Of a stretch of DNA of 57,776 bases, positions 29,171 to 39,800 are shown in pieces. Made by a program: the position numbers and the translations under genes. Source of the DNA: Candidatus Cloacimonadota bacterium (GTDB lineage: Bacteria > Cloacimonadota > Cloacimonadia > Cloacimonadales > WRIO01); contig JAKQQL010000149.1 in assembly GCA_029564175.1 (NCBI GenBank), positions 1 to 57,776 on the forward strand, written 5' to 3'. Numbering within the stretch: position 1 is the first letter of the stretch; each line of letters begins with the position of its first letter. The notes under the pieces are model-generated. The model saw only the letters and a program-made list of their open reading frames with translations, was not told where the DNA came from and made no database searches.

Positions 29171-29671
29171 ATGGAAGCCCTCGTAAAAGATTTCTTTCGG
29201 GCATGGGAAGATGAAATCGCCTCTTATCAGGAAGTCTCTCTTTGTCTCGAAGATCAAAAAATTGCACTGATTGAATGGAACATTAAAAAGTTTCAAAAAG
29301 TGAGTCAACAAATTGCTCTCTTAATCAGCAGAGCACACAAAAGTACCAACGTCCGTCAGGATTTAATGGAGTCTATCTTTATTCTTAAAAACAAGACCAT
29401 TGATCAAAACAGCCTGAAAACCATTTGTGAAGTGATTGATGAAGAAGAACTGAAAGAACAGGCAGTATTGTTTTTCAAGACTTTTTCAAATACACTTAAA
29501 AAGATTAACAAATTATCTGCTGATAATAAAGAACTGATCAAAACAGGTCTTGAATTAGTAGGAGATAATCTGGAAATGATTGCTGATATGATTGATAAAG
29601 ACAGGGTATATAGTCGTGTTGGAATGATTCCCGCTAAACATAACTCAATCCTTTTGAATAAACAGGTGTAA
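29171..29671 (+). CDS. flgN: Flagellar export chaperone FlgN-like
   Basis: Helical; Y..V..CLEDQK.ALI; N.ELI..GL; C-terminal YSRVG..LLNKQV; upstream of flgK. Confidence 0.7.
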   Translation: MEALVKDFFRAWEDEIASYQEVSLCLEDQKIALIEWNIKKFQKVSQQIALLISRAHKSTNVRQDLMESIFILKNKTIDQNSLKTICEVIDEEELKEQAVLFFKTFSNTLKKINKLSADNKELIKTGLELVGDNLEMIADMIDKDRVYSRVGMIPAKHNSILLNKQV

Positions 29672-29673
29672 AA

Positions 29674-29952
29674 ATGTTTGATATTCTGTTGCAAAAGAAA
29701 AAAGTGATACTGATGAATGAAGTGTCAACCTCCCCTTCATTGCCAGGATGTTTTGATTTCTCGTTTAACCTGGTTTACAAAGACCCGATTGAACGTGAGA
29801 TTCAACATCTCAAAAAGGAAGGGGATATCAGCGTGCGACAGGGTAACCTTAATATTCAGAGGATTATCCTCAAAGGATTTGCTAATATGCCGGAGTTGTT
29901 TAACAAGATAACAGTTTGTCAAGATAGAGGTGAGTCATGTTCCAGCTTATAG
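29674..29952 (+). CDS. Hypothetical 92-aa protein
   Basis: Fills the flgN-flgK gap; ATG 2 nt after the flgN stop with AGGTG upstream; overlaps flgK start by 16 nt; no recognisable motif. Confidence 0.5.
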   Translation: MFDILLQKKKVILMNEVSTSPSLPGCFDFSFNLVYKDPIEREIQHLKKEGDISVRQGNLNIQRIILKGFANMPELFNKITVCQDRGESCSSL

Positions 29953-31313
29953 CAGTAGGAAAGAGGGCACTACAGGTTACTGAAAAACAAATAGAGACAA
30001 CCTCTAACAATATTTCAAATGTTAACACGGAAGGTTATTCCAGACAAAGAGTCATTCAGGAAAGCGGAATGCCTCTTGATCTGGCTTATGCCAGTATTGG
30101 CACAGGTGTTTATATACAAAGTATTGAGCGAATGAGAGATGAGATGCTCGATACTAACTACAGAGAGAGTATGACTGGTCTTGGCTATTGGGATAAAAGG
30201 TCTGGTATTCTTGAAAAACTGGAAACCACTCTTAATGAACCTTCAGATTATGGATTAAGTAATAAGATCAATCAATTTTTCTCTTCCTGGGATTCGCTTG
30301 CTAGCAGCCCGGGTAGTGAAACTTACCGTATGGATTTGCTGAATAATGCTGAACAAATGACTACCGGATTTAATTCTCTGTATGATAATCTGGCAAGTTA
30401 TATCAAATCCGTAGATGATGAATTAATCAGCAGTGTCAATCGGGTAAATGAAATTGCCCAACAGTTAGCTGATCTGTCACAAGATATCAGTTTTACTGAG
30501 GGTCAGGCTTCTGTACCCAATGATTTGCTTGATAAATACGATTTGTTGATTGATGAATTGTCAAAGTATGGCAATGTTGTTGTGAAAAATAAAGATTACG
30601 GTCAAAAGGCAATTTACTTTGGAACTGATGTGATTGTTGATGGCGCTTCAGCAAGAAAAATTGGTTTTGAAGATGTTACAACAAATGGCGTGGGTGTACA
30701 CAATTTACTTTGGGATAATAACGGAGATTTTATCAATGGCCTTAATAATGGAGAGCTGGTGAGTCTGATTGATCTGAGAGATAATGTAATCTCGGGTTAT
30801 CTTGATGATTTAGATCTAATCGCAGACACCATTAAAGAGAAGGTAAATGAGCTTCATTTAACCGGCTATGATAACACTGCCAATAAAGAAAAAGGACATT
30901 TATTCTTTGATGAAAAATCTTCCGGTGCCAAAGATTTTAGTGTAAACAGCATCATTGCTGATGACCCGAATAAAATAGCCACTTCTCTTAGCGGTGAGAT
31001 TGGTGATAATGAGATTGCACTTCAAATCGCCAATTTAAGAAGTTCTTTGTCTATCGATAATAAAACTAGTATCACTGAGGCTTATGCCAATCTGGTTTAC
31101 AAGATTGGTGGTGACTCAGCCAATACTAAGAGCAAACAAGAAAATCAACAGCAAATTACAACTCAGGTTGATGAATTTAGAGACTCCGTTAAAGGCGTGT
31201 CACTTAACGAAGAAACCGCAGACTTGATTAAATATCAACAAATGTATCAGGCTGCTGCTAAAATAATCAGTCTGGCAGATGAAATGCTGAAAGTGATTTT
31301 AGGTTTAGTATAA
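29937..31313 (+). CDS. flgK: Flagellar hook-associated protein 1
   Basis: TTSNNISNVNTEGYSRQRV; GTGV..IERMRD; C-terminal GVSLNEETADLIKYQQMYQAAAK. Confidence 0.96.
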   Translation: MFQLIAVGKRALQVTEKQIETTSNNISNVNTEGYSRQRVIQESGMPLDLAYASIGTGVYIQSIERMRDEMLDTNYRESMTGLGYWDKRSGILEKLETTLNEPSDYGLSNKINQFFSSWDSLASSPGSETYRMDLLNNAEQMTTGFNSLYDNLASYIKSVDDELISSVNRVNEIAQQLADLSQDISFTEGQASVPNDLLDKYDLLIDELSKYGNVVVKNKDYGQKAIYFGTDVIVDGASARKIGFEDVTTNGVGVHNLLWDNNGDFINGLNNGELVSLIDLRDNVISGYLDDLDLIADTIKEKVNELHLTGYDNTANKEKGHLFFDEKSSGAKDFSVNSIIADDPNKIATSLSGEIGDNEIALQIANLRSSLSIDNKTSITEAYANLVYKIGGDSANTKSKQENQQQITTQVDEFRDSVKGVSLNEETADLIKYQQMYQAAAKIISLADEMLKVILGLV

Positions 31314-31350
31314 TGAAAGCATTAACTAATAAGACCAGGGAAGGTGATTT

Positions 31351-31605
31351 ATGTTAGTATTAACCAGAAAACAAGGTGAATCGATTCGTATCGGAGATGA
31401 TATTGAAATCATTATAACCGAGATTAACAAAGGCTCAGCAAGAATAGGTATCTTAGCACCTAAAAATACAAGCATCTATCGTAAAGAAATCTATGAAAAA
31501 ATTATGAAAGAAAATCAGGCAGCCGCTCAACTGGCACAACAAACTCATGATTTGGATGCTCTGAACAAAATCCTCTCCGGAAGATTTAAAACGAAACAAC
31601 CATAA
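31351..31605 (+). CDS. csrA: Carbon storage regulator with C-terminal extension
   Basis: [42 protein letters not shown]. Confidence 0.96.
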   Translation: MLVLTRKQGESIRIGDDIEIIITEINKGSARIGILAPKNTSIYRKEIYEKIMKENQAAAQLAQQTHDLDALNKILSGRFKTKQP

Positions 31606-31614
31606 GGAGCAACA

Positions 31615-32805
31615 ATGCGTGTTACAACAAATACTATGTTCAATTCTCTTTTATCCAACCTAAACAGAAATGTTGCTGAATATCAGAAAATCAATGAACA
31701 GGTGGCTACAGAAAAGAGAATTAATATCCCTTCTGACGATGCAAAAGGACTTTCAGTCAGTACAGTACTAAAGTCTCAACAAAGTGCATATACACAGTAT
31801 TTGTCTAATATTACTGACGCAAAGAATTATTTAAAAGGGGCAGATAATGCACTGGGTCAACTACAGGATTTGATTGTTAAAATCCGTGAATTTGCTCAAA
31901 CCAATGCAACAGAAACCTCAACCCCTATTGAAATGGATATAGCTGCTCAGCAAATTGACCAGTTTATTGAAGAAGCAATCAATATAGCCAATACCAAGGT
32001 AAACGATCGTTATATTTTCTCCGGTTATAAAAGCAACGAACCTGCATACGATGACACGGCAAGAATTATTCAGCCTTATGCTGCATCAGGCAATACTTAT
32101 GATGGTGTGGTAACAGCAGAGGGTGATTACACTGGTACGGATAATAAAACCTATATGATTCGCTTTGTTCAGGACGGATCGGTTGGTGTTGAAACTGATC
32201 CTGCTGTAACAGCATATCAGATTTCTGATGACAATGGTGAAACCTGGTCAGATACTCAGACCTTTAATAGTTTAAAAGTCAATATCCCTAATAGTGACGG
32301 AACTGACTCAGGGGTATCACTTACTTTTGAAGATAGAAGCTTTAAAAATGGAGATACTTTTCAGGTTCAGGTAGCTATGGGTAAATACCAGGGTGATGAT
32401 GGTAAAATATCATTTAACACCAACTTCAACAGTAAGATCAATACGAATATCAATGGACAGGAAGTGTTTGAAGACTCTGGTTTCTTTGACTCTGTTTATA
32501 AACTGAAAAATGCACTTCTCTCAAGAAACTACAACGAAATCGCACAAACTGTGGATGAACTGGATGCAATGCATACCAATATTCAATCAAAAGTAACAAT
32601 GACTGGTATCAATCTAAACCGTCTGGAAGTTACTGAAAGTAATTTAACCGCTTTACAGGAAAATGTTCTTGATCATATTCAAAGTATCGAAAAAGTCGAT
32701 GTCATTGATATTATCAGCCAGTTCAGCATGGTCGAAAGTGCTTTAAATTCTTCAATGACTGCACTCTCAAAAGTATTTCCAAAAAGCTTGTTAAGTATGT
32801 TATAA
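31615..32805 (+). CDS. flgL: Flagellar hook-associated protein 3
   Basis: MRVTTN..QVATEKRINIPSDDA; NDRYIFSGY; flagellin-like C-terminus IEKVD..SLLSML. Confidence 0.93.
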   Translation: MRVTTNTMFNSLLSNLNRNVAEYQKINEQVATEKRINIPSDDAKGLSVSTVLKSQQSAYTQYLSNITDAKNYLKGADNALGQLQDLIVKIREFAQTNATETSTPIEMDIAAQQIDQFIEEAINIANTKVNDRYIFSGYKSNEPAYDDTARIIQPYAASGNTYDGVVTAEGDYTGTDNKTYMIRFVQDGSVGVETDPAVTAYQISDDNGETWSDTQTFNSLKVNIPNSDGTDSGVSLTFEDRSFKNGDTFQVQVAMGKYQGDDGKISFNTNFNSKINTNINGQEVFEDSGFFDSVYKLKNALLSRNYNEIAQTVDELDAMHTNIQSKVTMTGINLNRLEVTESNLTALQENVLDHIQSIEKVDVIDIISQFSMVESALNSSMTALSKVFPKSLLSML

Positions 32806-32823
32806 TTGAAAGGAGAAATAAAA

Positions 32824-33273
32824 ATGAAAGCCTACACCACCCGTTTTGGAGAAATCGAAATCTCCGAAGAAACCATCATCAGTTTCCCTAATGGAATCTT
32901 AGGATTTCCTGATCAGACAAATTATGCTCTGATTAACACAGATGACAACTCGCCTTTAAAATGGTTACAGTCACTTGAAGACCCTACACTTGCTTTTGTC
33001 GTAACCAACCCCAATCTGTTTAAACCTGATTATATGGTGGATGCTTATCGAAAAGATTTAGCGGATATCAATGTACAGGATGCAGAAGATGTGCTTGTTC
33101 TCGTTATTGTTACGGTTCCAAAAGATCCGTCTAAAATGACAGCCAATTTAAAAGGTCCTATTTTGATTAATACTCAGAATCGCCTGGCAAAACAGCTGGT
33201 AATTGATAATAATGATTATGAAATCAAGTATCGTCTGCTCAGTGACGATGAAGCCATGATTGCATTTGGTTAA
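32824..33273 (+). CDS. fliW: Flagellar assembly factor FliW
   Basis: TTRFGEI..FPNGILGF..WLQSLED..LAFVV..MTANLKGPILIN..AKQLV. ATG 32824 follows AAGGAG. Confidence 0.95.
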   Translation: MKAYTTRFGEIEISEETIISFPNGILGFPDQTNYALINTDDNSPLKWLQSLEDPTLAFVVTNPNLFKPDYMVDAYRKDLADINVQDAEDVLVLVIVTVPKDPSKMTANLKGPILINTQNRLAKQLVIDNNDYEIKYRLLSDDEAMIAFG

Positions 33274-33397
33274 CATGTTCCAGACACTAAGAAGGGATTC
33301 TTATTTCTCCAGGGAAGGAGAGTGTTTTGGACCTGTTTATACGTTGCAAGCCATGATCATGTATATTTTTCAAAGCGAAGGAGGTTTCCCCTTTTTT
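33272..33397 (+). ncRNA. Candidate structured RNA (3' UTR or sRNA) with two GGGA-loop hairpins
   Basis: Outer stem TCCAGACACT/AGTGTTTTGGA encloses AAGAA-GGGA-TTCTT and TCTCC-AGGGAA-GGAGA; weak terminator at 33378-33397. Confidence 0.4.
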
Positions 33398-33595
33398 GTG
33401 CAATATGTCTTTTTTTTTAGATAAATCCTGATGCCATTTGGTATGGGGAAATTAGTACGTTTTGATTTTATTTGTTTAACGCCAGGTTTATTATTTTACA
33501 ATCTGGATATTTTGTTTTTGGATTTTTGTAACTACTCAGGTTATATCTAATCAGAAGTAAACAAAAAAAATAATAACAATTTTATCATTGGGTTT

Positions 33596-33700
33596 GTAGG
33601 GATTTGCGAAATGGAGCGAAGCGTAATGCCGTAAATCCGCAATCGTACTGCAAGCTTCCAGCTTGCAGAAAAGGCTACAAGCAAGATGCTTGTAGTACGG
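33596..33700. repeat. GTAG-REP (family 3) joined to a family-2 REP doublet
   Basis: GTAGGGATTTGCGAA..GCGAAGCG..CCGTAAATCCGCAAT.GTACTGCA (inverted copy at 42-88), then CTGCAAGCTTCCAGCTTGCAG and GCTACAAGCAAGATGCTTGTAGTACG. Confidence 0.8.
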
Positions 33701-33832
33701 TTTTCCGATGTACGGCCGAATTTTATTGCCACTAAAAGACACTAAATACACTAAAATAGTATTTAAGTACGACCATCCTGTTAGGGTAATTTCACTCATT
33801 CATCATTCATAATTAAACATACCGCCTCTCCA

Positions 33833-33964
33833 GAACCTGTGCAAAAATGCTGGTTTTATTCTATCGCACCTACGGCGCTTGAACATAACTCACTATTTTC
33901 CCGTGGTTTCACCACGGGCTAGGATTCTGCCGTTCCTCCGGAACTCTTGTTTTTGCACAGACTC
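33833..33964. mobile_element. 132-bp non-autonomous MITE with 14-bp TIRs and 4-bp TSD
   Basis: Left end GAACCTGTGCAAAA, right end TTTTGCACAGACTC (12/14 inverted match); TCCA duplicated at 33829-32 and 33965-68; internal palindromes CCCGTGGTTTCACCACGGG and GTTCCTCCGGAAC. Confidence 0.75.
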
Positions 33965-33980
33965 TCCACAGGAGGGGAAT

Positions 33981-34019
33981 TTTACATTTTACATTTTACA
34001 TCATTCATCATTCATCATT
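33981..34019. repeat. Period-7 tandem repeat
   Basis: (TTTACAT)3(CATTCAT)2CATT; related tract at 33791-33814. Confidence 0.7.
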
Positions 34020-34077
34020 AAACCAAATCCTCCTTACTCATAATAGACTCAAATATAATACAAAAACAACATCAATA

Positions 34078-34110
34078 TCATATAATTCTCTTATCTATCC
34101 TGTAGAAAAC
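34078..34110. repeat. 33-bp dispersed repeat, copy 2 (inverted)
   Basis: Reverse complement is 31/33 identical to 3134-3166. Confidence 0.75.
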
Positions 34111-34460
34111 ACGATTTTTCTTTGCTGGCTGTCTGCTTGACCCATTCTGATATCTGTCTGCCTGTTTATCATTTTGAATAGATTATAAAGAGGATAGAAA
34201 GAGGATAGAAGGCAGGATGCTAAAATTCGAAGATTATGCTTCAAGAAGAACTTTTACAGAATCCTAGTCCAAACGAAGCCTAATGTACTGAAATCATTCT
34301 GCTGGCTCTCTTTTTACAAGCGGGATACATCTAGAAAAGGTGTCGATATTTTTGATCAGTCTCCACTCAATAAATTTTTCATAAATATGGAAAAAAGCTT
34401 GACTATCTGATAGAAAAAGCTTACTGTATAATTAAATAACAGAATGAAAAAGAGGCATTA

Positions 34461-34922
34461 ATGTCAAATCAGGGAGAAATGAGAATGGATAAGGAAGTAA
34501 CCATACTAATCGCAGACGATGATGAAGGGCATGCTGATTTAATCAGAAGAAATCTGCTACGGGCCGGTATCGTAAATCCGATTAAATATTTTAAAGATGG
34601 TCAGGATATTATTGACTTTCTTTTTCAAAGGGGTAGTGGAGACCATTTGATCAATGGTAATGCTTATGTTTTGTTGCTTGATATCAGGATGCCTAAAATG
34701 GACGGGGTAGAAGTATTACAAGAGATTAAGAAAGATGAAAAACTCAAAAAAATGCCTGTAGTCATGATTACAACGACTGACGATCCCCGTGAAGTTGAAG
34801 CCTGCCACTTAATCGGTTGTAATAATTATATTACAAAGCCAGTGGAATATGAATCTTTTGTGAATGCAATAAAACAGTTAGGTCTGTTTTTAGCAGTTGT
34901 TCAAATTCCTGTTATCAATTGA
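34461..34922 (+). CDS. Single-domain response regulator (Rcp1-like)
   Basis: [28 protein letters not shown]. The true start may be one of the next two ATGs. TTGACT-17-TACTGT at 34399-34427. Confidence 0.92.
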   Translation: MSNQGEMRMDKEVTILIADDDEGHADLIRRNLLRAGIVNPIKYFKDGQDIIDFLFQRGSGDHLINGNAYVLLLDIRMPKMDGVEVLQEIKKDEKLKKMPVVMITTTDDPREVEACHLIGCNNYITKPVEYESFVNAIKQLGLFLAVVQIPVIN

Positions 34923-34932
34923 AGAAGATGTA

Positions 34933-36870
34933 ATGGATAAAGAATTAATCAGAAAGTATAAAAAGATTGCGATTGTTGAAGACGATCTAAATTTACAGCA
35001 GTTACTTGTAAAGAATCTGAAAAAAGAAGGCTTTAATTGTACCGGCTTTTCAGAAGGGAAGTCTCTGATAGAATACATCCTTAAAGAAAGGGATATGATT
35101 ATTTTACTAGACCAAAAACTGCCTGATATGACAGGGAAGGATTTAATTGATAAAATTCACAGTTATCAGATGAAAATTCCGTTTATAGTGATGACCGGTC
35201 AGGGCGACGAGAAGCTGGCTGTTGAAATGATGAAAAAAGGCGCATCTGATTACCTGATAAAAGATATGGATTTGCTTGATATCCTGCCTGAGGTTTTAGA
35301 TAAACTGCTAAGTAATCTTCTAACTGAGATTCGTTTAAAAGATACAGAAAACAGTTTGAAAATAGCACTTGATAAGAATACCGCATTACTCAATTCATTT
35401 CCGGATCTAATGTTTTTAGTCGATTCAGATTTTATTTTCAAAGACTTTTTTCCAAAAAATGCAAAAGATAATCATTTATTCAATCTCTCTGAACTTATTG
35501 GCGAAAACATCCTGAATGTATTTCATCCGGAAGTTACTGAAAAGATTTATGAAAAAGTTAATCAGGTATTTTTAAACGGTAAAACGGAGTTGTATGATTA
35601 TTCTGTCATTTATAATGATCAAGCGCTTTTTTATGAATCCAGATTTGTTCCTTTTGGAAAGAACGAAGTATTGATCATTGAAAGAAATGTAACTGAAAAG
35701 AAAAAAAATGAAGATGAAAAGGAAAGACTTAAATCCCAGTTATTACAATCTCAAAAATTAGAGTCAATCGGTCGTCTTGCCGGAGGGGTTGCCCATGATT
35801 TTAACAATATGCTGAACGGAATTATGGGAGCAGCTCAACTTATTTAATTTACAGGAGTACTGGATGCAAAGTCAAAAGAATATGTTGATCTTATCAACAA
35901 AACAGCTGAAAGAGCAGCCGAGTTAACTGCCAAATTACTGCTTTTTAGCAGAAGAAATACCATCGCTGTTAAGAATGTCAATATCCACGACTTGATCAAC
36001 GATAGTATTTCAATTCTGAATCGCAGTATAGAAAAGAGAATAGACATTATCAAAGATTTATCTGCCACTCAATATGAAGTTAGCGGTGAACCTTCCATGA
36101 TACAAAATGCGTTTATCAATATGGGGATTAATGCTTCTCATGCCATGCCAGATGGGGGAACGCTTACCTTTAAAACAAGTAATGTATTTTTAGATGAGTT
36201 CTTTTGTAAACATTCTATGTTTGATATAACACCAGGTTCTTATGTCCAGATTGAGATTATCGATACGGGATGTGGGATTTCTCCGGAAAATATGACAAAG
36301 ATTTTTGATCCTTTTTTTACAACGAAAGAACCTGGTAAAGGTACCGGTTTGGGATTGTCAATCGTATATGGTTTGGTTAGAGATTCAAAAGGGGCAATAA
36401 GTGTTGAAAGTGAAATGAATAAAGGAACAGCATTTAGTATCTATTTCCCCATATCTAAAGGGATTACAGATAATAGTATACTTCAAAAGACAATTAAAAA
36501 AGGAACAGGAAAAATATTGCTGGTGGATGATGAGCATGTTGTTTTAAGAGTAGGAGCCGATTTGCTTTCTTTTCTTGGTTATGATGTAATGACGGCAACA
36601 AATGGTGAGGAAGCAGTGGAATTATACCGTAAACACAAAGAAGATATTCAAGTAGTTGTCTTAGATATGATTATGCCAAAAATGGGAGGTAAAGAGGCTT
36701 TCTTTAAACTAAAAGAAATTAATCAGGCTGTTAAGATCGTAATTGCTTCCGGTTATTTTAAAGAAACAGATATTGAAGAATGCAAATCCTCCGGTCTTGC
36801 CGGTATTGTTGAAAAACCCTACAATTTGGATGATTTGTCAAAAGTACTGGGGAAATTGGACGGAATATGA
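34933..36870 (+). pseudogene. Hybrid sensor kinase (REC-PAS-HisKA-HATPase-REC) with single in-frame TAA at 35845-35847
   Basis: H-box [11 protein letters not shown] just before the stop; same frame continues (*FTGVLD..AERAAELTAKLLLFSR) into the 35992 ORF with NASHAM, DTGCG, FFTTK, GTGLGL and a C-terminal REC. Confidence 0.82.
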
Positions 36871-39800
36871 AAAAAACTTCAGTAAATCATGCAGATACAA
36901 TGTTTTTAACAAGCATTTCAAAATACTTCAAACAGTCCGTTTGCTCGATGGCAGGCTTGTTATGTCGATTATCCGTTATATTGATAATGCTTTTTATTAC
37001 AAATCTGCTCTTAGCCAGCGAAAAACCGGTCAGGATATTGTATGTTAACTCCTATCATGCCGGCTATCAATGGTCAGACGATATATTAAAAGGGGTTTCA
37101 GAAACGTTAAAAAAGGAATATGGCGATAATCTGGACTTAAGAATTGAATTTCTGGATGCTAAGAATTTTGATACAGCACTCAAAGCAGATTTAGGTACTC
37201 AGATTTTTAAAGTATGGCAAGAGAAATACAAGGGTGTTAGATTTGATGTAATCCTGCTTTCAGATCAGCCTGCTTTTGATTTTATCAAGAAACGAAGATC
37301 TGATTTGTTTAGTGAAAATTTGATTGTTTTTACTGGAGTTGAAGATTTTGATGAGAGAGACGATAAACTTTTTGGTCTCTCTGCCAGCACGGATATCAAG
37401 CAGAATATAGATTATATTGCCAGATTGTTACCTCATACAAAGAGGATTCATATTATTACCGATCAGACAGTAACCGGTAAACTTAACAGGGAAAAAGCGG
37501 AAAAGGTAAAAAAACTTCTGAAAGAGAAAATAGAAATAAACTTTCTTGAAGATGGAGAAGGCATCAATCCGGAGGAACTTTTGATGAAACTTCATTCTAT
37601 TCCTAAAGATGAACCTGTTTTTTTTCTGGATTATTATGTCGATCGAAATGGCCGATACTTAAAAGTGTCAGATGTTTTGCCAAAAATTACCAGGGAATGT
37701 AAATCTCCTGTATTCAGTCATGTGGATTTATATATCGGTTATGGAGTTGTTGGTGGCATAATGAATAGCGGGTTCGTTCAAGGTAAACAGATCTCAAACC
37801 TTGCAATCTCTCTGTTGAAAAACAAACATATACTTAAAGATAAGATCATTATTTTAGAACCTATTCCTGCAATTTCTTATGACTTTTATAAGAACTACAA
37901 TATCAAAAAAATACGTTTACCTGAAAATGTTGTTTTTTATGGAGAAAGATATGAGAAGATAAAATCTTATTATAAGTCATTTTTGTTTTTTGCGGTATTC
38001 GCTCTTATCCAGACAGTGATGATTGTTTGGCTGATTCTAACGTTTAAAAAATTAAAGGTCAGTCAGAACAGATTTAAAAAAATAGTGGAAAATCTCCCCT
38101 TATGCGTTGGTATCGCAAACCTGAAAGGTGAAATATTTTATATAAATCCCGCTTTCGAGAGAGTTTTTGCCTATGATCTTTCTGAAATCAGTTCTGTTAA
38201 TGATTGGGCTTTTAAAGCTTATCCGGATGAGGATTACAGAAAGGAAATGTTTGCTGTTTGGAATAATGATATTGAGTGGGCTGTGAGTCATCCTGAACAA
38301 CTATCTCCTGTCCGATTAAACAAAATTATTTCTAAATCTGGTACTGAACTGATAGTAGAACTTAGTTTTACCGTGATAGATGAAAATATCTATACTTTTT
38401 TTAATGAAGTTACAGAACAAAAGAGAACAGAAAAAGAGCTCCGGGAAAGTGAAACTCTTTTTAAAACAATTTTTAATATTCTGCCTTATTCTTGTGTGAT
38501 TAATAATCTGGATAACACCTACTTTATGGTCAATAAGAAATATTGTCAAAAGATTGGAATAAATGAAGATCACATCATTGGAAAAATGTCAAAAGAACTT
38601 GGAGTCATAATGGATGAAGAATCTGATGATAAAATCAGATCACAAATCATCAGGACTGGCTCAGTTGAAAATTCGAGAGTAAAGATTAAATATCCAAATA
38701 ATGACAATTATTCTTATGCGTTGTTTTCATCTCAACTCATTGATTTAAAAGGAGAAAACAGGATTCTGTCTGCTTCGATTGACATAAGCGATATGGTGAT
38801 AGCTCAGAAAGCATTAGCAGAAAATGAAAACAGAATCAGAAAGCAAAAAGAAGCAATAGTGAATATCATTTTAAATCGTGATATAGATCCTGATCATATT
38901 GAAGAATCATTTCGTTATATTACTGAATACTTATCTGAAGCAATGTCTGTTTCCAGAGTCAGTATATGGAAAGCCTCAGAAAATTTGGTTGATTTTGAAT
39001 GTATTCATCTGTTTGAAGCGAAAACAAACCAGCATTCCCAAGGAGTCTATCTTAACCCGAATGATTTACCTTTGTATTGGGAGAGCATATTAAAAGATAA
39101 TATGATTTGTGTCGAAAACACTCAGTCAGATCATCGGGTTGAGGGAATTTATACTAATTATCTAAAGCCTTATGATATCTCTTCTCTTTTAGATACGGGG
39201 GTGTTTATTGAAGGGAAATTAAGAGGGATTATTTCTTTTGAACATACCGGTTCACCAAGACAATGGCTTCCTGATGAACAGTCCTTTGCAAATACGGCTT
39301 CAATGCTGATCGGGCTTATTTTTATCACCTTAGAAAAAATGAAGTCAGATAAGCTGATATTGGATAAAAATAAAGAGATGGAACAAATCCTGTATGTTGC
39401 CTCTCATGATTTAAGATCTCCTTTGGTGAATGTGGATGGATATGGCAGAGAAATTGAATATTCTATTAAAAGCCTGGAGCATTTAATGAATGAAGACGAA
39501 GTTTTGAATACTTCTGTCAATTTCAATAAACTGTCTTATGAAGTGAATGATATGAAAAGCTCTGTTACGCGAATCAGAGCATGCGCTAAGCAAATGGATT
39601 CTTTACTCTCCGGTTTATTAAAGATTTCCAGAACAGGACGCGTTTCACTCAATCTTGAAATGGTCAACATGAATGACTTAATGAATAAAATCTTAAGCCT
39701 TAATGAATTTCAAATTAAAGAAAAAAAAGCTGAGATCTTCTTAGAGGATTTGCCTAAATGCTATGCGGATGAATCTCAGTTGATTCAGGTTTTTAGTAAC

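Noticed and set aside
33547..33799. Two short minus-strand ORFs
   Set aside because: They are read through REP palindromes and have no protein-like features.
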